Part shown: positions 1 through 13,155 of the stretch, piece by piece
How the letters are laid out: every line of letters starts with the position of its first letter
Numbering within the stretch: position 1 is the first letter of the stretch
Source: Chrysomallon squamiferum
Lineage: Eukaryota; Animalia; Mollusca
Direction: 5' to 3'
DNA length: 64,000 nucleotides
Assembly: GCA_012295275.1 (NCBI GenBank)
Contig: CM022671.1
Location: forward strand, 28,148,001-28,212,000
Notes under the pieces: model-generated
The model's input: the letters and a program-made list of their open reading frames with translations, nothing else
Database searches by the model: none
What the model was told of the DNA's origin: nothing
Program-made: the position numbers and the translations under genes

Positions 1-329
1 TGTTTAATTTTTCATGAACGTGCTTAATTAAAACCAAAGACATTTTGTTTAAATGCAAACAAAACTAATTTATGATTCATATCGCCAAAAGCGGTCCATG
101 TTTAACATTTAAGTTGACAATGACATGCCGCAGTAATTAATGATTTAAATTAAAATTAAAGCTCAAAACAATTCCCAAGAAACGTTGTATTGGCTATTTG
201 GCAATTCGGGGTCGCAATCGCAATCGGTCTGCTGTCAATTCAAATTAGCTGTATCTATTTTTCTAGTATACTTAATTCTGTTTACCATGTTTATGTTTTG
301 TCGTCATTATATTGTAGTGGCTTTCACTT

Positions 330-470
330 TAGACAAGCCGCCATTAAGAACCTAGATTTCTCTTACAATTGTTTTGATTGGTTACAGAAATGAAAAATTG
401 TAAGCATAACGATGATTTGCCACTTTGTTTTGAAATTTCATTGGTGTTTTGCAACAAAATGGAAGTGTAA
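330..470 (+). promoter_or_regulatory. Putative HDAC11 promoter / first-exon region
   Basis: YY1-like GCCGCCATT at 337-345, reverse CCAAT (ATTGG) motifs near 378 and 440, and a strong GTAAGT donor at 467. Motif matches only. Confidence 0.35.
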
Positions 471-1812
471 GTAAAGAAAAGCTTATTATTTATAAATTAT
501 TATATCAGTAATGATATTACACTATTTAAGTTATTTTATGTTTTATATCCAGGTCAGTTAAATTCAACTTGTAAATAACGATTTGTAATTAGATCGTTTC
601 AAAACAAGATTTTGTCAGGTACATATTTATTATTCATTTTGCTTTTTATTATCGATGTTTTTTCGAACATTACCTTTTTTCGCATTCGCGGTATTGCTAT
701 TACTTATGTTTTTTTCGCTATCTGCATGTAATTAATTACATATAATCAATATATTTATAAATGAGATGGATACAGATCTCCCAGTATTTATATTTTTAAA
801 AAATATGTCTTCTTTTCTTATTCTGATAATAATTCTAAATTCAATTTCTATTTTCGTATGAAATATTTACTAGTTAAAGTAGTTTCGATTCTTCAGTCTG
901 TTATTATTTTATTCGTAATAGATTGATTATTAATACACATGTATTTTATTTTAATTTTAATTTTCATTTGTTTATCTATAATTTTTTTTTTTTTCTTTGT
1001 TGGTATATTGACACTAATTATTTTTGTACATAAACAAATTTGTATCTATTTTTACTTGAAAAATACGATTATAGAAAAATAATTAAATTTTATTTTCATC
1101 TTAAAGGTTGGATTCTTCTTCTTATTATTATTATTATTTTATTTTATTTTATTTTATTTACTTATTTATTAACTAATTCATTCATTAATTCAGTATCAGT
1201 GCTTTTGAATAAAAAAAAATAAAAATAAAAGGTAATATGTATGTCATAATTTGTATATGGTAACAATTCTGGATCATAAAATTATAACTATTCTGGAATT
1301 TGGACAAAATGTAAAAACAATTATATTGTGTTTCTATTTCCTTATTTGTCCTTTCAAAAGCACATAACATTGTATCCTCAGTTCAATTTAGTTTCAGTTT
1401 CCTGGATTTACGTCATTATATAGATTCTTTTTCCTGCTGTCAGGATTGATGATCAGTCTTTAACTGAAGGAAAGAAGAAGAAATATTCAAATAATTTGCT
1501 GTAACCTGCAAGTTTGTTAACATGTCATGTATATTATTTTTATATAACTTTATATAGATATTGGATATAAAGATATAGATATTATACAGTAATAATCAGT
1601 TTTTAGTTTCAGTTTTCATTTCCTGTTAGTCATACATCAAATGAAAATGCTGAAGTAAATGATTCTGATTATTTTTTTCAGATGTTCTGAAACTTTTCTT
1701 CTACATGTCCCTTGTGTGTGCATTCTACAGTATCAATCGATTTGCTAAATTATCTTTTGAAGGGATTTCAAGCACTTTCCATTTCAATATCCGGAATCAG
1801 TTTAAAAACACA

Positions 1813-4800
1813 ATGTCTGATGTTGACTCTGGAAAACAAGAAAGGTAAATACCTTTAGTTTAGTTTAATAATACTAACAATTACAGTATATTTCACTGGT
1901 GTGATATGATTTAAAGAACAAAAGTAAATATTTACTGAACATTTTTTTTTTTAAATTACTTTGTGAAGTGCTCCAATACTAGAGGTTATGTAAGAAATTT
2001 TAGTAGCGCAGTATAGATAAATTATTAAAAAAAAAAGAAGAAATATAGAAAAGAGGGAGACAGAAAACATTGATAATTTTCAGTTATATTATACTTTCAT
2101 ATCAAGTTGTTGAGGTTTCGTTGATTGGGATTTAAAAACAAAAATATTTTATTCTGTATTATTATTTTTATGGTTAATAAATTTACATCTGTACTGAAAT
2201 ATACTATCCATTGGCAAAATAAGTCAGGTGGCATTTATTTCTTCCTATTATTATTTTAATCATACTTTCATTGTCACCAATTATTTTGTTTTTTGAGATA
2301 ATAAATTGGATCAGGATGGTGTTCAAAAATTTTAAACTAAGATTATGAAACTGTGTGTGTTTATTTGGATGCAGCAACTACAAGAAACTTGAATCTGTGT
2401 ACTATAATGTATTATACTCTGTAGTATTATGTCTGTAGCATTACTATCTACTCTTGTGAGGGCTTAATAAATGGCACTTCAGTTATACTGATCTGGATCA
2501 GAATGTAAAAAAATTATCTAACAATCCCTCCAACCAGTTTATGTCTCTTTATCAACTTTATGCAATTTATTTTCAGAAATTTAAACAACTCTGGACTGTT
2601 TGTTCAAGTTAAACCAACGCAATGGCCAATAATATATTCTCCAGAGTACAATATTGGTTTTCTTGGACTTGAGAAGTTGCATCCTTTTGATGCTGGAAAA
2701 TGGGGGAAGATCTTTAATTTTCTGAAAGGTAATTTATTTATACACATCTAAAGATTTAATTAAAATTATTGTTGAAACCATCTGATTAGATAATAAGATG
2801 TACATTTAAATATTTGTTTACTTAACCTTAAATAAGTATATCTTATAAAACTATTTCTCTTAAGGTGTTTTTTGACATTGCTAGAAACAGCCATAAAGAT
2901 TGTCTTTATAAAAAAATACAAACTCTTTTTCCAGTTTTCCACAATAATGAAATTGTTATAAATTGTTATTCAGCTTTAATTTCAGGGTTAACAATGTATA
3001 TCAGAATAAATATCGTAAAAGAGAAAAAGTATATTGATTTGTTATTTATTAATATGTTTAGAAGAAAGAATGGTTCGTGATGACACCATAGTGACTCCTG
3101 TGGAAGCAACAGAGGAAGATCTGATGGTGGTTCATCCCAGAGCATATATTAACAGTCTAAAGGTAATTATCAAAAATGATATAATATCTATTTTAAAAAC
3201 ATGTAGCTTTTGTCTCTCATATAACCAGTCATTTAAACATAAAATGGATTAAGATAAATTAATATTAAGATCTTCTGTATATCACATACTCATATCTGTT
3301 TTTGTTTAATGTGGTCTGCCTTTGGTAAATCATTTTTGCTATTGGTTTTGGTTCTGGTTGAAAAGCATGAACTTGCATACTCACATAATCTGATATATCA
3401 TTAAGACAGTTACAGTAATTATTGAATGAAGCAGTTGACTTTTTGAAGTTCTGTTGAATAGCCACTACTTTTAAAATGATGAATTTCATTCGTTGACAGT
3501 TAAAAGTTCTGATGTTTTTCCAGTACTAATGTGTACTAATGTTACAGTTACAGAGACATTTTTTTTTCTGTTTATCAATATTTATTATATTTAACTGCAC
3601 GGTTTGGTTTCAGAATATTTTAGAATAGTGATGTCTCATCTTCTTTGATATGATTTGGGACTTTTTTTATATTTTTTTTTTTTATTTATTGGTGAAACTA
3701 ATATCTTCTTTGGATTTTATAAAATGTATTTGTGTTTAATATAACACTAAGAATATACACATTTAAACATTTTTTTTTTCTGAGTGAAAGTAAATATCTA
3801 GGAATATTCCAGTTTTGTAATTTTTCATCAGTTTTTATTACTACATTTTATGACTTTTCGGCCTGCAGCTTTCTGATTTTGTTGAAGGAATTAATGAGGT
3901 TTGTCCATATTTCAGCTTCTCCTTCTTCACCATGTTGTGTAAATGGCATTTGGCATTTTCAAATAACAGTATTTTGTACTTGTTCTAACTACTTCCAGTC
4001 AAAAATTACAAAATGTCCTTGACAAAGAATATTCCTAGAAATATATATTTTTTTAAATAAATTCTGTACACATTTCAGTGTTTCTTTGAAAAATTATTTT
4101 CAGATGGGTTATAAATATTTTCACTCTATTCACTTAATTAACAGAATTTTAAAATCTTCTTGAGAAGGGTCTTTGTTGCGTTGATTTTTTTTTTTCTTGT
4201 AACCAAAACAGATCATTAAAATAAAATATTGTAATGAGGTTTTGTAATATCTGATCAAATACAAAATACAGGTACGTTTGTTAGCTTTAAAATAATCTGA
4301 CTGTCGTGGTGATGGTGGCCTTTGTTTTGGCTCAGGCTGGGTAAATGTCAATATTAAATTCCAAGTCATTAAGTGACAGCTAATATTATAATAAATTGTG
4401 TCTCAGTTTCAATAGATATGTTCACCAGTTAAATATTTTGTGTTGTGTGAATTATTTATTTTTGGATTGCTTTTACAAAATTAATTTTTATTTATCTCCC
4501 TTGAGCATATTTTATTTTGGCCTTGGTTCCTGATACTTTAAGAACAAGTACACATACTGTTAGCCAGTCTTTCACACAACAATGCATGTTAGTTCTGTTT
4601 GGGCACAATCAGATTATCCTTGCATGTTGCATGTCACTTAAAATATATTATTTTCAAATACAAATATTTTCTACATTAATATTAACTTTACATATTAATC
4701 TGTATGAAGAAATGTTATAATGTATAATTTCAGCAAATTTATTTGTTTTGTTTCAGATACACATTAATAAGAAAATTAAATATTTTGAGTTTGATATTTT

Positions 4801-7800
4801 AATTTCAGTTACAGTGATTATGGTTTTTTCTTGTTTTTTTTTTCTCTCCATTGTGTCTAGAAATTGTTGTTTATGGTATAGCACTATATTTTGCTTAAAT
4901 GTTTTTAACTTGCTGGGGTTTTTTAATTTTTTTCCTATGTTATTTCAGTGTAGTATTAAAAATAACATTTACAAATATGAAATTGGAATCATGTCTGTTA
5001 TACAAACTTCAATATTTTAGTTCCATTTAAAAAAAAAAAAAGACATGAATTAGCATGAAACCTTAAACAGCAAAATTTTTAATGCTTAAATGCATTTTGT
5101 CATTCTTTCAAAAAAGATTAATTTGACATTTTTGTGTTTATTTTACAGCACAGTATTAATGTAGCTGGAATTACTGAAATTTGGCCTGTTGCATTGCTGC
5201 CAAATTTTGTTGTCCAGAAGAAAGTTTTGCGACCATTTCGATTCCAGACTGGTGGAACAGTTTTGGTCAGTTACAATTATTTCTGCATTTTATATATATA
5301 CCTACACATACACATACATATATACATACTAACTTTTGAATTAAATAGCTTTTGGTGTTCCATCTAAGAAAATATAATAATAATAATTTAAAGAATAAAA
5401 GAGCAAAATTTAAACTGACATATAGGTTATTAGTTCTTCGGTATCAAAATAGTTCATTATCAAAAGATTATTATTTTTTCTTCTTTTTTCATTTTCTTTT
5501 TTAATTGCAGGGTGGCAAACTTGCAATGGAGAGAGGCTGGGCAATCAATCTTGGTGGAGGTTTCCATCACTGCTCAAGAGACAGAGGCGGTGGTTTCTGC
5601 GCTTATGCTGACATAACATTGACCATTAAGTGTCTGTTAAACAGTGGAGTAGAGAAAGTCATGATTGTTGATTTGGACTGTCACCAGGTAAGCAAGAATA
5701 AAAATTATTGTTAATTACTGCTTGCTTGTAGCCATTTTATATTTAAGGAAAATTAATTTTACCTATTGGATGCGATAGTCACCAGTGCATTAGCGATTAA
5801 TTCAAATAGTGTTTTTTAAATATCTTTGTTGATCAACAGTTGTGAACATGGTGACCCAGATAAAGTAAATGATATCATTCTGTTCCACTGAATTTTGTGA
5901 TCCTTTTCATAAATACTGAAACTGAAGTGCCTCCATTATTAATTAAGTAATAATAAAGATGTTAATCTGATCCTTATAATTTAAAAACTGTATTTATTAT
6001 TACTGTTTTTGCTTCATGTATATAATCTTTACTTTTCTTTTAAAAATTGGTCATATAGTCAACAAAATGTTTGGATGTAATCATCTTTCTTTATTTTATT
6101 ATCATTATTATTATTTATTTATATGTATTTTTTTTTTAAATTTTTGCAGGGCAATGGACATGAGAGAGATTTTATGAAAGAAAAACGAGTTTATATCATG
6201 GATGTGTATAACAGAAACATTTATCCTCATGATGGATATGCTAAAAGTGAGCTGTTCTTAATTTTTCATTTATACTTTGTTTGCAGACAATTATTCACCG
6301 AAATCACAAACACAGGTCTCTTTCTGATAATATAATGTGCTTCGTTTGTGTCTATAATATTATCACAATCTTAATTCATTTATTAATAATTTCATAAATT
6401 AATTATTTAAAATGTTTACACAAAATGTCATTACAAACAGCTTATTTGAAGACTGTTGAAAAGAATTGTAATTGTCTATAAACAATTTTTTTACATTATA
6501 AAGAATATTTCACTTATCCATTGGTGGGATATATATTAATTTTTGTTTTGGTCTTAGAAATAGTCTTTGGAGATTAAAATGAAATATCCTTCAGACATTT
6601 TCAAGTAAACCACTGATTAATTTTTAAAATAATTTTTCAGAGGGTATCTGCAGAAAGGTGGAAATTAACCATTTTACACAGGATGAAGAATACTTGGATT
6701 TGGTTGAAAAGTAAGTATTGATGAAAATTACTGAAGCAAAATTATTTGTCTTTAATAATGCATCTTAATTTTTATATATATATATATATATATATATTTA
6801 TTTGTCTCTGTATGTGCATGTGTGTGTGTGTGTGGACCATTAATAGTTCAAGGAAAATTAATAAATAAATTATCAATTATCAAAATTTAAAAAAGGTAGA
6901 AATTCTAGAACTGTATTTATTGTCAGTATTTTAAATGATAGATTATTTACTCATGATTTCATTATGCAGGAACTTGGAAGAAGCCTTGGAGGAGTTTAAT
7001 CCTAATTTTGTTGTATACAATGCTGGTACAGACATTCTGGATGGAGACCCTCTTGGAAATATTTCTGTTTCATCTCAAGTAACTAAATTAATTTCAACAT
7101 ACGTGCTTGCACACTGATTTGTCATATTATATTTTATCACACATCAACATCTCTTAAATGATTGTTAATATTTTTTTAAATATATTTTCTTATATAATGT
7201 AATAGAAGCTCCTGATTGTCAAGTGAACTGAGGTGCATGATAATTTTGAGTTCGTTAATTTAATATAATCCTTGTTCCTATTATTAATTTTAAAATGTCT
7301 TACATAAGTTATAACTGTTATTTTTACTTTTATAATTATGCCATTTTTTTTAATTAGAAAGAACACAAGTAGTTGCCTGAAAGCCACTTGTTGTGATGAA
7401 TAATGAGCAAAGACCTTCATTTGTATCTTATTTCAGCCTATCTAAAACTTTACAAAAACAACAATATACAAATGTTTTACATCTTAAGTCTTCTGACAAG
7501 AAGGTCCAGTTACACATTATTTGTTGGATGTAGAGATTTTAACAAGGTTATTTTTTCTTACTTTTAGGGGATTATTAAACGAGATGAGATAGTGTTTTCA
7601 AAAGTGAGAGGTCGCAATATTCCCATTCTGATGTTAACCAGTGGTGGATATTTGAGAGAAACGGCACAGATCATTGCCAATTCCATCTTAAATCTCAGAC
7701 ATCTTGGCCTCATCAGTTGCCAGGAGGCAGAAGAAGCACCTCCACCAGAGAAAGGTCAAATATAAAATGATCTGCATCTCATTTTTTTTTCTTTTTCTTT

Positions 7801-9167
7801 TTTCTTTTTGGTATTATAATTATATCATTATGTCTGAGGATATACAACATAATTTTAAACTGTTATTATTATTATTAATATTATTTTGCTGCACATAGTA
7901 ACCTCCTTCATACACAACACAACAAGTAAAAAACCCAGTTACACATACTCATTCTTTTTAGGTTTTCAGGGTTTGATGAAAAGATTAAATGTTTCCGGTC
8001 AAAGCAGTAGCAATGGTAGGCACTTCCTTTTTATTAAAAAAAGACTTTACACTTAGCAGTCCTTGTTAATGAATAATAATAAAACAACCAAATGTATATG
8101 TTTTAATTTACTTAAAAATTGCCACATAAATTGCCAGAAAAAATATAAAATATTAACTTCAGGTTACATGTATATTAAATAAATTAATATAAGTCTTCAT
8201 CAACAACAACAACAATAATAATTAAATAAATATTTTCCATATTTATAGTATTTTTTGTGTAATTTACTGGACACTGTTTATTATCATGGACTGCTTTAAT
8301 AATCAATATGGAAATAACATTTAAATTTTTTTTTTTTTTGTTATTGTCATTGATTTTTTTTATTTGCCATTTATCCCAATTGTAATGTTTATGAAATAAA
8401 AAAAGCAATGAATTTTTATTCAACTAGAAAATGTTGTATTTTTACATAATACAAAATCAAAATAGATTTTAAAATGAATCTTTGTAATGCAAAGGAGTGT
8501 TCTCACTATATAACCAACAGTCACCAAGGACTTAAACTGTTGTAATAATTACATTAAAGCATATCCTGTTTCTCCTGACATGATATACATTTTCAGTGGG
8601 GTAAATGAGTTAAATTTAGAATAGATTTGGATGAAATTATGTCCCTTTATAGTTCTGTCCTCTGTTTTAAATGTATGATAATTTATTATAATTATGTTAC
8701 AAAATAAAGGTATCACAATTTGAAGTATTCCAGTTTTTGCTGACACATCAGGTTATATGTGACAAGTCTTGTGATAGTTTTCTTGTTGGTGGATTTCAGT
8801 GTAGTGTATGCTAGTTTCATCTTTTACAACTAATGTGACGTATTTGTCTTTCTTTCAGATTTGTTTATTAAATGACAATTGCACCTGGGATTTTTGTTTG
8901 TTTTGTTTTTTTTTTTTTGTTGTTTTTTTGGCAATTTGTCCAATATTTTAAATAAGTAATAAATAAATAAATAAATAAATAAATAAACAGAAAATTATCA
9001 ATATTATCATTTCCATTGCAGGTAATAATCACATCAGCAGAAGTCAGAGTGAGGGATATATTCAAAGATTTAGCAGATGGACTGGCTTCTCTTCATCTTC
9101 AAGTCAGAGTCTTTCTTCTAATGATGACTCACAAAATTATCCAGAGTCCAAGAAAGATGACTTGTGA
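1813..9167 (+). CDS. HDAC11: Histone deacetylase 11 (class IV HDAC / lysine defatty-acylase), spliced
   Basis: Exons 1813-1844, 2577-2728, 3062-3162, 5149-5265, 5511-5687, 6150-6246, 6641-6710, 6970-7078, 7568-7754, 7962-8015, 9022-9167, all GT-AG and frame-compatible. Motifs LEKLHPFDAGKWG, GWAINLGGGFHHCS-DRGGGFCAYADI, DLDCHQGNGHERDF, YNAGTDILDGD and TSGGY are diagnostic of HDAC11. The core can also stop at TAA 7763-7765 if the 7754 donor is not used. The start may lie further upstream (see findings). Confidence 0.95.
7387..7500 (+). ncRNA. Candidate intronic box C/D snoRNA (no target identified)
   Basis: In an HDAC11 intron, sense strand: CTTG-tt-GTGATGA (box C 7393-7399) ... CTGA (box D 7493-7496)-CAAG. 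The 4-bp terminal stem is in K-turn register. No convincing guide complementarity recognised. Confidence 0.3.
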
Positions 9168-12100
9168 ATTTATTTGTTTAATCACAATGTAGTATAAAAT
9201 CTATTCAGAACTGAGGATGTTTGCAGTTTTTGTATATATATATACATATCTGACTACACATGAAGAATTTTATTTTAAATATTGAAAGTGGATCCATCAT
9301 TGCACTTTTTGGCACACTCTTTAAGGGGTGTAGGTATTTTTTTTTTTTTTTTTGGTTTGGCTCATAAAATTGCTAGATCTGATATTTTGTTCCTGAACAA
9401 TGAACATATAAGGCAATTTTCTGATATTTATCTACTCAGTTTTTTTTTTGTTTTTTTTTACATACATCTGCTAACTGTTATGTATTAACTTACTAAATTT
9501 TCTTGAACAAGGAGGTAAAATGCATTGTTAAAAGATTTCTTTGATATTTAAGTTTTGAATTTGTTCAGACCATGTTTTCTAACCTGAAATTAGTTTTTAA
9601 TCTATGATCGATCAAAAATAATAATTATGAAGAATAAAAAAGTAAACATTGGGAATTAGACATTTTACCCAAGCACTGTTCAACTTGTAATGTGTAACCC
9701 ATTCAGCTTTAAGCTAACGAAGAAAATGTGTGATTTCAAAAAAAGCTTTTACCCATTTTTCTTTATTTCATCATTATGTGTATATTTACATTTTTGTTGT
9801 TTTATCTTTGATTTAAAACTGATTTATTTCAAAACAAAAAATGTTAGCTAAGCATTTAGAAGTATTTTTGAAATGCCCATTTTCTTAGGCAGCTTGTTAT
9901 TAGCTATCAATTAATGTTAGAGTACATATATATTAATCTGTGTGTATATTCATAATTTTTGTATGAAATATATTTTATGTTTTATTTTTTCTTTATATAT
10001 GTATGTGTGTATATATATATATTAAGAAATTAGAAATGACAAAGTAAAATTAGTCCAGTGAGAAAGTGGTAGGACATATTATTTAGGGACTATGTGATTT
10101 AAAATATGTACAAACCAACTTGCTTGTATTAATTTAGAACTTATTTCACATCCTGTAGAATGTAAATATACATTAGTCAAAGGTTGTTTTATTTTAAAAG
10201 TTATCAAGACTTTTGTCCAAAATTCATATTTAAAAAGCAAGAAAATGTAATTGTGGCACTTTTCTAATTAAAAAGAGTATTGTTTCCTTTATAAAATAAT
10301 CCTTTTTGGCTGTTGATATCTGTGATAACTGTGCTTTGTTCTTTATAGATGAATGTTTTGTTATTGGTAAAACTGTTGTGCATTTTTTAGTACTTTGTGA
10401 TATTTTGTTTTGCTTATTTTTCATTTCTGATTGGACATTTTATTCTTTCTCAGAAAAATGTATTAATGAAATACTGTTACTCTGCTTAAAGTGATTCTTT
10501 GTGCTTGTATGCCAAATCCCAAATAGTATCTACAAGCATTCCAAAAAAACAACAGTAAGGAATTTAAATTTCATAAAAATACATTTATTTCTTAAATAGA
10601 TTTCATAGCTGATACAAAAATATTAATGAATCCTAAATGTTTTGTTAACACAAAACATTGTGACCCATTTGATTTTCCATTTAAATGTGATAATCAGTTT
10701 TTTTAAAATGTCATTACTGTTTTTGGATTAAACATTATTCATCTTGAAAATTCTGCTTTCCATTTGTCATTGTTAATTTATATATTTCTGATTTATATAC
10801 CTTGAAATTTTGATAGAAAAATCAGTTTTTCCTCTATTTTAAAAATATATTAATTGAAAATGTTTAAGAAAGAATACTAACATTTTGCGAGATAATTTTT
10901 CAAATAAAATGTTTTGTTTAAATGAAAATGTGTTTTGTTCTTTTTGATATTCTTTGTTATTATTAAAGATATTTACTTAGACCAAGAAAAAAAATTGCAA
11001 TGTTTGAACAGAATAATGCAGAACATTTTTTAAAAATAACGTTTAGGATTTTATTAACAAAAAACACAGGAATATGGAAAGACTATAATCACTTCTGATT
11101 GTAATTATTGAACTGGATAATGCCAGTATGTTTAAATACTAAATTAATGTTCAAAATGGCATTTGTAATAAATAATATATTGTGAAATGCCATTTAAAAC
11201 ACAAGTTTTAGTAACATATTCATTTGTATATTAAAATTCCTGAAAGAGAAAAGTTATTGCTGTCACTATATATAACAAACATAATAAAATTACAGGCAAT
11301 TAATTATATATATTTTCTTAAACAGAAAGAAAATACTTCTGCTTCTAATACTCTAAAGGTCTTTCGACACTTAACAGAACAAGACTTTGGCTAAATTAAT
11401 CTTTCACTTGTTACTAAATCCTCTATCTGCTCTGTAAAAAACACAAAATTCTTCTTTCTTTTTTTTTTTGAATACCTTTTTCACATAAATATTGTTATCA
11501 GCTTTTATGAAATATAGATTGCAATACACTATTGTTTTTATTATTATTATTATTAACATTAACACTAACATTAACATTAACATCTACTTTATAATTCCTT
11601 TTTTTCTTTTCTTTTTTTTTCTTAATAGTTATTAAACTGTTTATACCGATTTGCAAGTTATTAGATTATATTTTAATCATTGCAGGTCGGAAATGTAACA
11701 ACCATATTAAAGGACCATTATAAATACATTATTCATTAAGGATGGGGAACTGCAGAAACGTTTTAAAGGAATATGCCATAATATGATAATAGTATTAATA
11801 TGTATTATTATGACAGCTGAAAATAAAAAATATATAAAAAATCCGTACATCGTAAGAAATTCTGTGGCTTTATATTTTGATTAAAAGCATATAGACTGCT
11901 ATTGATGTGATTAAAAGAAGAGGCAAATTTTAATGCGTACGTTCGACATAGGTCAGAAAACACACAAAGGAAAAAGGCCACAGTTAATAATTTTTAATTT
12001 CCACCACTGAGGTTCTTCGATAATATTGCATCATTAGTATACGCATAGTAATGTATAACGTTCGACCGTAGCGACATCTCGAAACCGTTTTAACTCGACG

Positions 12101-12222
12101 ACTGTATCTCCGTCGTATATTGACCGTTATTTTAATGTATACTACTTTTGCGTATCACTTGTAAGAAATTAGTTTCTGAAAGGTTAATGGAACGAACGAA
12201 TAAAGTTTGACAGAATCTGAGA

Positions 12223-13060
12223 ATGGAAGAATATGCAAGAGATCCATGGTTTGTGTTTATTACTTTTGTATTTATGTCATATTAATATATTAATGAAGTC
12301 TTCTTTAACCGAAATATTGTCTTTATAGAATTAGGCAGCAGTAATTATTTAATTTTGTTTGGAAGGTCACATGCTAGAAACAACACGTGTTTTCACTGTT
12401 TTGGCAGTCGGGGAGTCGGTTTTTGATTGTCACGTTTATTCGTATTTAAAGTAAAAACAAATTAAAATGACATAAAAATGTTTAATTGCTAATTGTAATT
12501 CTTACTGTCATTTTCTTAGTAAATTTGGAAAGGAATATTGAAGTTATTAAATAATTTCAAAATATTTACCGTTATCACGTACATCAATATTATTCGAAAA
12601 CCTTAATCTGTAGTCGGAGATTTCTCTTACTTCTAAAGATGATCGTTGGTAATATTTGAAAATTTTACTTCTGTATGATAATCTTTTATACTAATACAAA
12701 CATTCGATGTGAAACATTTTATATTCTGAGATTAATTTGTTTTTTTTCTGATTTCACAATATATTATCTGCAAATTATAACATTGATTAAAGGAGAAATA
12801 TTTCAGAAACATTGCATATGACTAGACTTTTTAAAATATCCTTTTCAAACATCAAATCAAGAATAATTTAATGATGGCTATTAATAACTTTTATTGTATT
12901 ATAATGATTGTATATCATGTCATGTTCTGTTTGTTGTATTTGGTCTTTCTCAAGTTACAAACTTATTACCTTGAATTAATGTACAGTTGTCAGTTTTCCC
13001 AGTACAGTTAATATTTTATAATTGATTATCATTATTTGTATTTATTTTTTATTATATTGT

Positions 13061-13114
<54 letters not shown>

Positions 13115-13122
13115 TATTATTA

Positions 13123-13155
<33 letters not shown>

